Positions 30,341 through 38,669 of a stretch of 64,000 nt of DNA are shown here, piece after piece. Each line of letters opens with the position of its first letter. Position 1 is the stretch's first letter. Source of the DNA: an uncultured Tenacibaculum sp. (GTDB lineage Bacteria > Bacteroidota > Bacteroidia > Flavobacteriales > Flavobacteriaceae); contig NZ_CANMMT010000002.1 of the NCBI RefSeq assembly GCF_947499065.1, positions 59,313 to 123,312 on the forward strand. The letters are read 5' to 3'. The notes under the pieces were generated by a model. It had not been told where the DNA came from. It saw nothing but the letters and a program-made list of their open reading frames with translations, and did not search any database. The position numbers and the translations under genes are program-made.

Positions 30341-31081
30341 ATGAAATTAACCAAAATTTTAGCAGCTACAGTTATAGGTTTATCAATTGTATCTTGTAAT
30401 AATACTAATAATAGTAACGGTCAATTTAAGTCAAGTACTTCATTAGATTCAGAATTAGATTCAGTAAGTTATGCTATAGGGTTAGATATGGCTAACAAAA
30501 TTAAATCTAATATTAAAGAGATTAATCAAGATTTATTTATGCAAGGGTATAAAAATGGTATGGATTCTACTAACTTGTTATTAGAAACCAAAGACATTAA
30601 TCTTGTTTTAAGAACATTTTTTCAGAAAAAACAATTAGAAAAAATGAAAAAACAGCAAGAAGAACAGGCTAAGAAAGCTGAAAAAGAGTTTGGTGAGTAC
30701 AAAAAAGAAGGAGAAAAATTCATTGCTGAAAATAAAACAAAAGAAGGTGTAAAAACTACTGAAAGTGGTTTACAATATATTGTTTTAAAAGAAGGGAAAG
30801 GAGAGGCACCAAAAGCAACTTCACGAGTAAAGGTACATTACCATGGTACTTTAGCAGATGGAACTGTATTTGATAGTTCTGTAGATAGAGGTCAGCCAAG
30901 TGAATTTGGAGTTGGTCAAGTTATAAAAGGTTGGACTGAAGGTTTACAATTAATGAAACCAGGAGCTAAGTATAAATTCTTTATTCCTCAAGAATTAGCT
31001 TATGGAGCACAACAAAGAGGTGCTAAAATTAAGCCTTTTTCTCCATTAGTTTTTGAAGTAGAATTACTTGAAGTTAAGTAA
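30341..31081 (+). CDS. FKBP-type peptidyl-prolyl isomerase lipoprotein (FkpA/Mip-like)
   Basis: [38 protein letters not shown]. Confidence 0.95.
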   Translation: MKLTKILAATVIGLSIVSCNNTNNSNGQFKSSTSLDSELDSVSYAIGLDMANKIKSNIKEINQDLFMQGYKNGMDSTNLLLETKDINLVLRTFFQKKQLEKMKKQQEEQAKKAEKEFGEYKKEGEKFIAENKTKEGVKTTESGLQYIVLKEGKGEAPKATSRVKVHYHGTLADGTVFDSSVDRGQPSEFGVGQVIKGWTEGLQLMKPGAKYKFFIPQELAYGAQQRGAKIKPFSPLVFEVELLEVK

Positions 31082-31104
31082 TCATAAAAATATAAATAAA
31101 TGAA

Positions 31105-31143
31105 AATCAATTAGGTTAGTATTTAATGCTAACCTAATTGATT
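31105..31143 (+). terminator. Long stem-loop between the PPIase genes
   Basis: aatcaattaggttag/ctaacctaattgatt 15-bp stem. Confidence 0.7.
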
Positions 31144-31172
31144 GTTTATAAGAGAAACTTAAAATATAATAA

Positions 31173-32219
31173 ATGAAGTTATTTAAAATTTTAATAGGAG
31201 CTGCTTTGTTATTTTCAGCTTGTAAATCAGTTAAATATCCCGATTTAGAAAACGGACTTTACGCAGATATTCAAACCAACCGTGGTGATATTTTAATAAA
31301 ACTACATGACAAGGAGGTTCCTATGACTGTTGCAAACTTTGTCTCGTTGGCCGAAGGAAGTAATCCTAAAATGACAGATTCTTTAAAAGGAAAACCATAT
31401 TACGATGGAACAAGATTTCATAGAGTAATTAAAGATTTTATGATTCAAGGAGGTGATATTACAGGAACTGGATCGGGTAATGCTGGATATAAGTTTGAAG
31501 ATGAATTCCCTTTAGATGAAGAAGCTAAACTAATATATAAACACGACGGCCCTGGGGTATTGTCTATGGCTAATTCTGGACCAGCATCTAATTCAAGTCA
31601 GTTTTTTATTACACATAAAGAAACACCTTGGTTAAATGGAAAGCATACGGTGTTTGGTATTGTTAAAATAGGTCAAAACATCGTAGATACGATTAAACAA
31701 GATGATTATATTAATAAAGTAGAAATCATTAGAGTAGGGAAAGAAGCAAAGAAATTTGATGCTCCTGTTGTTTTCGAAAGAGAAATAGCAAATATTAATC
31801 TTAGAAAGGAAGAAAGAAAAAAGGCTTTAGAAGAAAAGAAAAGAAAATTTTTAGAAGAAAAGGGATTTTTTAAATCGAAAACAACCGATTCAGGACTAAA
31901 GGTTTTAGAATTACAAAAAGGTAATGGAAAGAAGGTTAATCCAGCAATACCAACAACAGTACATTATACATTGTATTTACAGAATGGAAAAAAAATAGAT
32001 TCTAGTTTAGATAAAGGAACTCCATTTACTTTTACGATTGATGATCCAAACTTACCATTAATTGCAGGATGGAAAGAAGGAGTAAAAGGAATGAAAGAAG
32101 GAGATAAGAAAAGGCTCTTTATACCATATTATCTAGGTTATGGAGAGAGAAGTTTAGGACCAATTCCTTCAAAGTCTGATTTAATTTTTGAAATAGAAGT
32201 ATTAAAAGTAGGTAAATAG
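31173..32219 (+). CDS. Bifunctional cyclophilin plus FKBP PPIase lipoprotein
   Basis: FHRVIKDFMIQGGD, LSMANSG, SQFFITH, then an FKBP domain (IAGWKEGV, YGER). Confidence 0.94.
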   Translation: MKLFKILIGAALLFSACKSVKYPDLENGLYADIQTNRGDILIKLHDKEVPMTVANFVSLAEGSNPKMTDSLKGKPYYDGTRFHRVIKDFMIQGGDITGTGSGNAGYKFEDEFPLDEEAKLIYKHDGPGVLSMANSGPASNSSQFFITHKETPWLNGKHTVFGIVKIGQNIVDTIKQDDYINKVEIIRVGKEAKKFDAPVVFEREIANINLRKEERKKALEEKKRKFLEEKGFFKSKTTDSGLKVLELQKGNGKKVNPAIPTTVHYTLYLQNGKKIDSSLDKGTPFTFTIDDPNLPLIAGWKEGVKGMKEGDKKRLFIPYYLGYGERSLGPIPSKSDLIFEIEVLKVGK

Positions 32220-32221
32220 TT

Positions 32222-32782
32222 TTGTTAGATAGTATTATTCAAAAAGATAAAGAGCTTTTAATTTTTTTAAATAGCTTAGGAAGTGAACAATGGGATGGAT
32301 TTTGGTTGTTTATAACTAATCAATTCTCATGGATTCCTTTGTTTATTCTTATACTTGTTTTAGTGTTTAAATATTTGGGAGTAAAGAAAGGGTTATTTAC
32401 CGTTGTTTTTATAGCGCTATTGGTTACTTTTTCTGATCAATTTACTAATTTAATTAGAGGTGTTTTTGAAAGGTTAAGACCTAATAACGATCCTGAGATT
32501 AAAGATGTATTGAGAACGTTAATAAGCCCTCAGAGTTATAGTTTTACTTCTGGTCATGCTACAACATCGACTGTAGTTACTGTTTTTATTATTATGTTGT
32601 TAAAGGAATATACAGGTTACATTAAGTATTTGGTTCTTTTTCCTTTAATTTTTGCTTATAGTAGGCTATACTTAGGAGTACATTTTCCAACAGATATACT
32701 ATGTGGATTTATAAATGGTACAATAATAGGTTTCTTATCATACCATTTATATCAATATTTAAATAGAAAAATATTTAATTAA
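32222..32782 (+). CDS. PAP2 family phosphatase
   Basis: RLRP, SFTSGHA, SRLYLGVHFPTD; TTG start. Confidence 0.92.
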   Translation: MLDSIIQKDKELLIFLNSLGSEQWDGFWLFITNQFSWIPLFILILVLVFKYLGVKKGLFTVVFIALLVTFSDQFTNLIRGVFERLRPNNDPEIKDVLRTLISPQSYSFTSGHATTSTVVTVFIIMLLKEYTGYIKYLVLFPLIFAYSRLYLGVHFPTDILCGFINGTIIGFLSYHLYQYLNRKIFN

Positions 32783-34779
32783 TCTTTTTTGTTATTGTAG
32801 TACAAGTACTTTGTACTATGGTAAACCGCATTTGTTAAACTATCCATTTTTTGATATAAATTTGGATAGTTTTTTTTGATATCTACTTTAGTATTACTCT
32901 TATCATTCATATTGTATAAATGATTGTAATCGCTCAAAACAGCTTTAGAATACAGGAGAGAGTCTTTTAGAACAGTTACAGCTGGCTCTCCTTTAATTTT
33001 TTGATATAAAAAGGCAAAATTAGCATTGCTATTTTTATTTAAAGCATCACTACCTAGTGTATAGTTCGTATAATCAATATTAGCTAAACCAGCAGCAGTA
33101 GGTAATAGGTCTATTAAATTAGTGTATTTCTTAATTGTAGTAGGTTTAATATATTTTGGCGCATGTATAAAAAATGGCACATTATGTAAGTTTAATTGAT
33201 AGTCGTATAAATCTTTAAATTCATTAACATAACTCATAGAAGTATTGTGATCACCAAAAAACATAAAAATAGTATTGTCATAATATCCAGATTCTTTAGC
33301 ACGTTTTAAAAATCTATCTACATTAAAGTCTAAATAGCGTAATGCGTTTAGACGTTTAATACCATCAAAACCAGCTTTTTTAAGTAAAGAAGGAGTTATT
33401 TCATTTTCTTTTAAAGGTTTGTAGCTTTCTTGTTTATCTGGAACTGTAAAAGGCATATGGTTTGTAGCTGTCTGTATATAAGCTATAAATGGCTTATTTT
33501 CTTGATGTAACTCTCTAAGTTCAATATCTGATTCTTTAAAAAGTTCATAATCATCAATTCCCCAAACATCAGCTCTTTTTTCTGTTCTAAAACTACCTTC
33601 TTCAAAAATTTTTAAACCGTTTATATTTGATTGGAAAACTCCTCTAATGTTTGCCCAGTTAGCACTCCCACCTAAGAAATATAGTTTTTCGTAGCCTTTA
33701 AATTGATCAAAAATGATTCGCTGATTAATAATTCTTGGATTTCTTGAAGCTGTTCTAATTCCATCTATGTCAGGTAAACCAGTAATACTAGCAAATACAC
33801 TCGCAGCTGTTCCAGATTTATGAACATAAAAGTTAGAAAAACTAACACTTTTGTTTATTAAACTATCTATTTTAGGAGTTGTATTTATTGGGTTTCCATA
33901 ATAGCTCATTGGAACAACTCCTAGAGATTCTAACATAACAATTACTACATTAGGTTTACCTATAATTGTATCTTTTTTAGAGTTTACTCTTTTAAAAGAC
34001 AATTCTTTTTTAGGTAAGTTTAATTCTTTAGCGATTGATGGATAGTACTTTTTTGCTTTTTCAATATCAAATCCTTCATTTCTAAACTTAAAGCTATCAA
34101 AAAAATATAAAACTGGATTTAACGAAAATTGGTTTACAGCGGTATTTTTTGAAAAGAAAGCTTGACTCCAACGTAGTGGGTAATGCGTAAAACTATTATA
34201 AATTCCAAAGGCAAATAATAATAAAGGGACAATAATAAAAAAAGCTTTTTTCTTTTTAGAACTAACCTCATTGTTAGTTTTAAATGTATTGTATATCCAT
34301 TTAGAGAATTTGTAAAGTATGTAGGTAAGTATAATAAAAGCAAATAATCCTTTAAATACAGGATAGCTCTCAAAAAGAACTTGTGTAGATATTTTTAAAT
34401 TACTTAAAAATCGTAATGAAGCAGCATCTAAACGAATGTTTAAATAATCGTAATAACCAAAATCAAATAAGTGAAATAAAGTGATAATTAAGTAGGTCGC
34501 TACTATATAAATTGTGCTAAAAACTTTGTAAAATCGATGTTTGAAAAAACGATAATTTACAATGAAAAGTAAGATTGCTAAAGGTAGAAAACTGATTGAA
34601 GCTAATTTAATATCAAATCGTAACCCTAATGAAAATGCTTTATATATTTCTGAAGAATCAGCTTTACTTAAATCTGTAAAAAAATAAAAAAAGATTACTC
34701 TGAAAGCAAAGATGTATAAAAGTAAAAAAAAAGTATTTGTGAAAAGGAACTTAATGTAATTCGGAATTCTTTTTAGCAT
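32779..34779 (-). CDS. LTA synthase / sulfatase family membrane protein
   Basis: Five N-terminal TM helices, PNVVIVMLES, TATNHMPF, FFGDH. Confidence 0.9.
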   Translation of the reverse strand: MLKRIPNYIKFLFTNTFFLLLYIFAFRVIFFYFFTDLSKADSSEIYKAFSLGLRFDIKLASISFLPLAILLFIVNYRFFKHRFYKVFSTIYIVATYLIITLFHLFDFGYYDYLNIRLDAASLRFLSNLKISTQVLFESYPVFKGLFAFIILTYILYKFSKWIYNTFKTNNEVSSKKKKAFFIIVPLLLFAFGIYNSFTHYPLRWSQAFFSKNTAVNQFSLNPVLYFFDSFKFRNEGFDIEKAKKYYPSIAKELNLPKKELSFKRVNSKKDTIIGKPNVVIVMLESLGVVPMSYYGNPINTTPKIDSLINKSVSFSNFYVHKSGTAASVFASITGLPDIDGIRTASRNPRIINQRIIFDQFKGYEKLYFLGGSANWANIRGVFQSNINGLKIFEEGSFRTEKRADVWGIDDYELFKESDIELRELHQENKPFIAYIQTATNHMPFTVPDKQESYKPLKENEITPSLLKKAGFDGIKRLNALRYLDFNVDRFLKRAKESGYYDNTIFMFFGDHNTSMSYVNEFKDLYDYQLNLHNVPFFIHAPKYIKPTTIKKYTNLIDLLPTAAGLANIDYTNYTLGSDALNKNSNANFAFLYQKIKGEPAVTVLKDSLLYSKAVLSDYNHLYNMNDKSNTKVDIKKNYPNLYQKMDSLTNAVYHSTKYLYYNNKKD

Positions 34780-34862
34780 TCTTATATTAATTTATAAATG
34801 ACAAAGATATTTAATTTTAAAAGCACTTATCATAGTTATTTTATAATAAATACTTTATGGTC

Positions 34863-34955
34863 AAAAAAAAAGAACTCTTAAAATCAGAATTCTTTTTGCT
34901 TTAATAACAGGTCCCAAAAATCCTATTATTAATTTTTACTCTATTATATAAATAC
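34863..34955 (-). ncRNA. Candidate small RNA of about 90 nt
   Basis: TACATTTG -7 element at 34960-34967, a 10-bp hairpin and a 12-bp terminator with a U9 run; both stems contain a G-U pair only on the minus strand. Confidence 0.4.
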
Positions 34956-35099
34956 TTAACAAATGTATTGTAGATATATTGTTCTTAGCGTTAAAGAAAG
35001 TATAAAGTTTTTGGCGATTGTTCAGTTGTCTATAACAAAGAAAAGATAACTCTTTTGTGAGCTATCTTTTTGAATTGATAAGAGATAAATATTAGTTAT

Positions 35100-36029
35100 T
35101 TAATTGACAAAGCTATGAATTGCTTTATAGGCATTGTTTTGATAGGTTATGTTTGTTAAATCTGGGAAAATGTCACTTTGATCTACTACCGAACCAGTAA
35201 GAACATTTTCTTTGCTTGCATAAAAAACACCATTTTTTAAATTTTCATTATTGATACCGTCAACAAATCGTTTAGCACCTTTTTCTAAACTATGAGATAA
35301 GCCTAGTAGTGGCATAAAAATAGGCATCCCAACATACTTAAATAAAATACGTTTAACAAAAGGAAGATCGTTCATTCCATCAGTTCCTCTAGTACCTCCT
35401 GGACTCATGCTAATAAATTTAATTTCTGGGTATTTCCTTGCCATTGCCGACATCCACAAAGTCCCTCCATACTTTATCACTCCATATACTTGCATAGGGT
35501 CAAAGTTGTTTCCAAAGTAAGAACCGTCAAAAACTTTAATAAATTCATCTATAGATGAAGTTGTTAAGTTAGGGCGCTTCATTCCAGTTTGTTTAATACC
35601 TCTTGCTGCTTCCGAGCTAGCATATAAGGCAACATTGTTTAGTTTGTTTTCTTTTAGTAATTCATCTAATAAAACAACATGTCCTAAAAGATTACTAGCA
35701 GTAATAGTAGTAACTCCTTCTTTGGTAAGTTTTTCTGGAGTTTTTCCTCCAATACCACCAGCATTCATAATTAGTGCATCTATAGGTTCGTTTAATTGAG
35801 AAACGGCCTTTTTAACTGAATCTGGGCTTGATACATCCATTATTAAAATTTCAAAAATGAATCTTCCTGTTACTTTTTCTAAAGATATTTTTGCAGCTTC
35901 TGCTTTTGCTTTGTTTCTACAAGCTAAGTATATTTTTTCTGTATCTTTTATTAGTGCTAGTTGTCTTGCTGTATCTTTACCAATACCAGTATTGGCACCA
36001 GTAATCATTATAATTTTATTTGTTTTCAT
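35100..36029 (-). CDS. Short-chain dehydrogenase/reductase (retinol-dehydrogenase-like)
   Basis: ITGANTGIG, MNAGG, YGVIK (YxxxK). Confidence 0.9.
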   Translation of the reverse strand: MKTNKIIMITGANTGIGKDTARQLALIKDTEKIYLACRNKAKAEAAKISLEKVTGRFIFEILIMDVSSPDSVKKAVSQLNEPIDALIMNAGGIGGKTPEKLTKEGVTTITASNLLGHVVLLDELLKENKLNNVALYASSEAARGIKQTGMKRPNLTTSSIDEFIKVFDGSYFGNNFDPMQVYGVIKYGGTLWMSAMARKYPEIKFISMSPGGTRGTDGMNDLPFVKRILFKYVGMPIFMPLLGLSHSLEKGAKRFVDGINNENLKNGVFYASKENVLTGSVVDQSDIFPDLTNITYQNNAYKAIHSFVN

Positions 36030-36619
36030 TATTCGGTATATTTTTTCTTAATTCTTTTAAAGTTTTCTTTGTTTACATTCTCGCCAGTAAGAACATGATG
36101 TTCTACAGCTAATAAATAATCTGCGATATCTCGTTTAAATTTTCCTTTAGCAAACCATCCTAGAAAAGCGGGTTTGGTTCTTATAACCATCGTCATTTTT
36201 AATATAGATGAGCTGTCTGTAACAGGTGTTACTTTGTAAATTCCGTAGCTATATTCGTTGTTTAAAGGAATTCCTCCTGTTTGTGATATTAGTACTTTGA
36301 AAGTGTAATTTTTAGCGTCAAAACTTATTTGTTTTTCTTCTAAGAATTTTGTCCCAGCTTCATTAAAATTACATCTTCTCGAAGCATTTTCTCCACCAGT
36401 AATATGACCTTGGTTATAGTTAGAGCTTACTATTTTGGGGTGAGAGTTGGCTATAGCTCCAAAGTCTTCTCCCACAACTTTCCATACTCTTTCTGCTGAG
36501 GCATTTATGTTTCTTTCTACAGAAAAAGAGATCGTTTTTTTGTCAGTTTTTTGAGCAAATACACTTTGACCAGTTATCATTACTAGTACTAGTGATAATG
36601 TTTTAAATATTGTTTTCAT
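36029..36619 (-). CDS. SRPBCC / polyketide-cyclase-like protein with a signal peptide
   Basis: Signal peptide, VERNINASAERVWKVVGEDFG, GASRRC-like segment. Confidence 0.8.
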   Translation of the reverse strand: MKTIFKTLSLVLVMITGQSVFAQKTDKKTISFSVERNINASAERVWKVVGEDFGAIANSHPKIVSSNYNQGHITGGENASRRCNFNEAGTKFLEEKQISFDAKNYTFKVLISQTGGIPLNNEYSYGIYKVTPVTDSSSILKMTMVIRTKPAFLGWFAKGKFKRDIADYLLAVEHHVLTGENVNKENFKRIKKKYTE

Positions 36620-36630
36620 AAGGTTAATGT

Positions 36631-37026
36631 TTAATATTTTTCTCTATAAATGTTGAAAAGAATTAGACCAATAATTCCCAAAACGAATTCTAAACCAGTG
36701 GCTTTAACTAATCCATCAACAGGGAAACCATCTATAAGAATACTAATAGCTCTTCCAATTCCAAGAGAAAGAAATAATGTAAATGATATAAGGGTAGAGG
36801 TGAAGGTTAATTTTCTAATAAATACACCTAGAATAGTTATTAAGGCAACTGCAAGAATTAATGCACTGGATGCTCTAACGTCATTTATTATACTTGTACT
36901 TTGAGAGATATCTATCCCTGCACTTGCTTTCATAGCCACAGGAGCAAAAAGAGTAGCTCCTCCTATAAAAGTTAATAATAATCCAGAGATGATTAAAAAT
37001 AGTTTTAATACTTTCGAATTTTCCAT
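36631..37026 (-). CDS. DUF4345-type membrane protein
   Basis: Four TM helices, INDVRA, GIGRAISIL.DG.P; ATG at 37026 lies downstream of the predicted promoter. Confidence 0.8.
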   Translation of the reverse strand: MENSKVLKLFLIISGLLLTFIGGATLFAPVAMKASAGIDISQSTSIINDVRASSALILAVALITILGVFIRKLTFTSTLISFTLFLSLGIGRAISILIDGFPVDGLVKATGLEFVLGIIGLILFNIYREKY

Positions 37027-37052
37027 GATATTGTTCTTTTTGTTGTTTAGAA

Positions 37053-37119
37053 CAAAGGTCATGTAAAGGGAGAGTTTTGTTATCTCGTTTTAGTTCAAAG
37101 ACATCTCATTTTAGTCCAA
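37053..37119 (-). promoter_or_regulatory. AraC-type tandem direct repeats plus a suboptimal -7 element
   Basis: ATCTCGTTTTAGTTCAA (37082) and ATCTCATTTTAGTCCAA (37103), 21-bp period; GACCTTTG at 37053-37060 on the minus strand. Confidence 0.65.
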
Positions 37120-37947
37120 TCGATATTCTGAGGGAGATTTACCATAAATATTGGTAAAATTTCTATTAAAAGTAGCTAAAGAATCGAAGCCAACATCATA
37201 AGCAATATCTGAAATACGGTCATTTTTTGCTTTTAATAAAGTAGCTGCTTTTTCAATTTTCTTCTTAGCTATATATTTTTTAGGGCTATCATTAAATACC
37301 GCTTTAAACTTTCTTTTAAAAGAAGAGGTACTTAAATGACAAAGTGCAGCTAATTCATCTAAGGATAGATTAGCATACAAATTATGATGTATAGTAGATT
37401 TAAAACTTACTTCATTAGGTTTGAATAAAGCTGCTAAAAAATCTAAATGAGAAGGGGCTTCTTGAGATTTAGATATCAATAAAATAAATTCTTTAAGCTT
37501 AGTTTTTATAATACTTTCATCAGCCAATTCAGGATTATCTAATAAAATATTAATACTCTCTTTGTAGTTTTCTAGTAAACGATCTACTTGAATTTGTTTT
37601 ACGTTAAAATCAACAGTATAATTCGAGTTTGAGATGTCGAATTCAAAAAGGTCTTTGACAAGAGATGGGTAAAGGAAAATACCGATAGACTCAATACCTT
37701 CATCACAATTATGAGGTTCTTTACTTGGTTCAAAGAAATAATTTAAGCATTTAGCCAACATTGAAGTTTTTTTATTCAATGTTAAATAATCTTCAGAAGA
37801 CCTTACATTAACTTCCCCTTTGTTTACAAACATAAAACAAGCTTCATCTTCCATATATTCTTTTAAAGTTCTATTAAAAGAGGGCATGGATAGTTTTATA
37901 AATACAACTCTGTCTTTGTAAGTAATAATCTGTTCTTTAAATTCCAT
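37111..37947 (-). CDS. AraC family transcriptional regulator
   Basis: LDELAALCHLSTSSFKRKF, ISDIAYDVGFDS...FNRNF...SPSEYR. Confidence 0.95.
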   Translation of the reverse strand: MEFKEQIITYKDRVVFIKLSMPSFNRTLKEYMEDEACFMFVNKGEVNVRSSEDYLTLNKKTSMLAKCLNYFFEPSKEPHNCDEGIESIGIFLYPSLVKDLFEFDISNSNYTVDFNVKQIQVDRLLENYKESINILLDNPELADESIIKTKLKEFILLISKSQEAPSHLDFLAALFKPNEVSFKSTIHHNLYANLSLDELAALCHLSTSSFKRKFKAVFNDSPKKYIAKKKIEKAATLLKAKNDRISDIAYDVGFDSLATFNRNFTNIYGKSPSEYRLD

Positions 37948-38019
37948 TTATAGTAGGAGGATAGTTAATTTTCTTTAAAAGAATTTGCTCAATGCTAAAT
38001 TAATAAATAGAAAATAAAA

Positions 38020-38574
38020 TTAGCTTTTGTGTATAAAATTAATGGATAGTTTTGGCCATTGCTTACTCCATTCTTTTTTTTGAATCCTATCATTATAAAT
38101 CATAAGATTAAATTTTGGAGTTGGAGTAACTATAAGGCTAAAAACATCTTCTAAGCCATGAGGTGCTATGTATTCAATTTTGTTTTTTTGAGTTATCCTT
38201 ATAGCTATTGAAGTAGCAGTTTCTGGCCAAAATGAAATAGCTTCTTCACAATTCGTATATGAAGTGTGATTATTTCTAATATGCATTCTTGACTGATTTT
38301 TTACAGACCAGTTTAATTCGGGGTCTATCATTTTTAATTGATTTTCAATTAATAAATCACACTCTTTAGAAGAATTGATTTTATCAAAATGTATAACATC
38401 AATATCGTTCAATTTTGTTCGTTGATAACCGTGTTTTTTATCCCAAATTTTATTTCTGACAAATCCAGCACCAATCCAACAGTCGTTTAATTTTAAGTCT
38501 CTAACAGTTTTTAAAATAGAAATCATCCATGCATCATTTTCTATAATTTGAATTAACTCGTTTTCTAATTCCAT
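38020..38574 (-). CDS. Nucleotidyltransferase family protein (DUF925-like)
   Basis: WIGAGFVRN.IWD, DIDVIHFD, WSVKNQSRMH, WPETAT, APHGLED; ATG at 38574 preferred. Confidence 0.88.
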   Translation of the reverse strand: MELENELIQIIENDAWMISILKTVRDLKLNDCWIGAGFVRNKIWDKKHGYQRTKLNDIDVIHFDKINSSKECDLLIENQLKMIDPELNWSVKNQSRMHIRNNHTSYTNCEEAISFWPETATSIAIRITQKNKIEYIAPHGLEDVFSLIVTPTPKFNLMIYNDRIQKKEWSKQWPKLSINFIHKS

Positions 38575-38601
38575 TTTAAATATTTGTAGAGGTTGATAAA
38601 A

Positions 38602-38635
38602 AAAGCCTCTTTTGATATGAAACAAAAGAGGCTTT
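38602..38635 (-). terminator. Terminator of htpG
   Basis: aaagcctcttttg/caaaagaggcttt, U-run on the minus strand. Confidence 0.8.
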
Positions 38636-38669
38636 AAATTTATAATTTTAACCTAAAAAGGTATTTATA

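Noticed and set aside
34857-34904. 15-codon + strand ORF MVKKKELLKSEFFLL
   Set aside because: Antisense to the predicted terminator hairpin; no supporting promoter, and G-U asymmetry favours a minus-strand RNA
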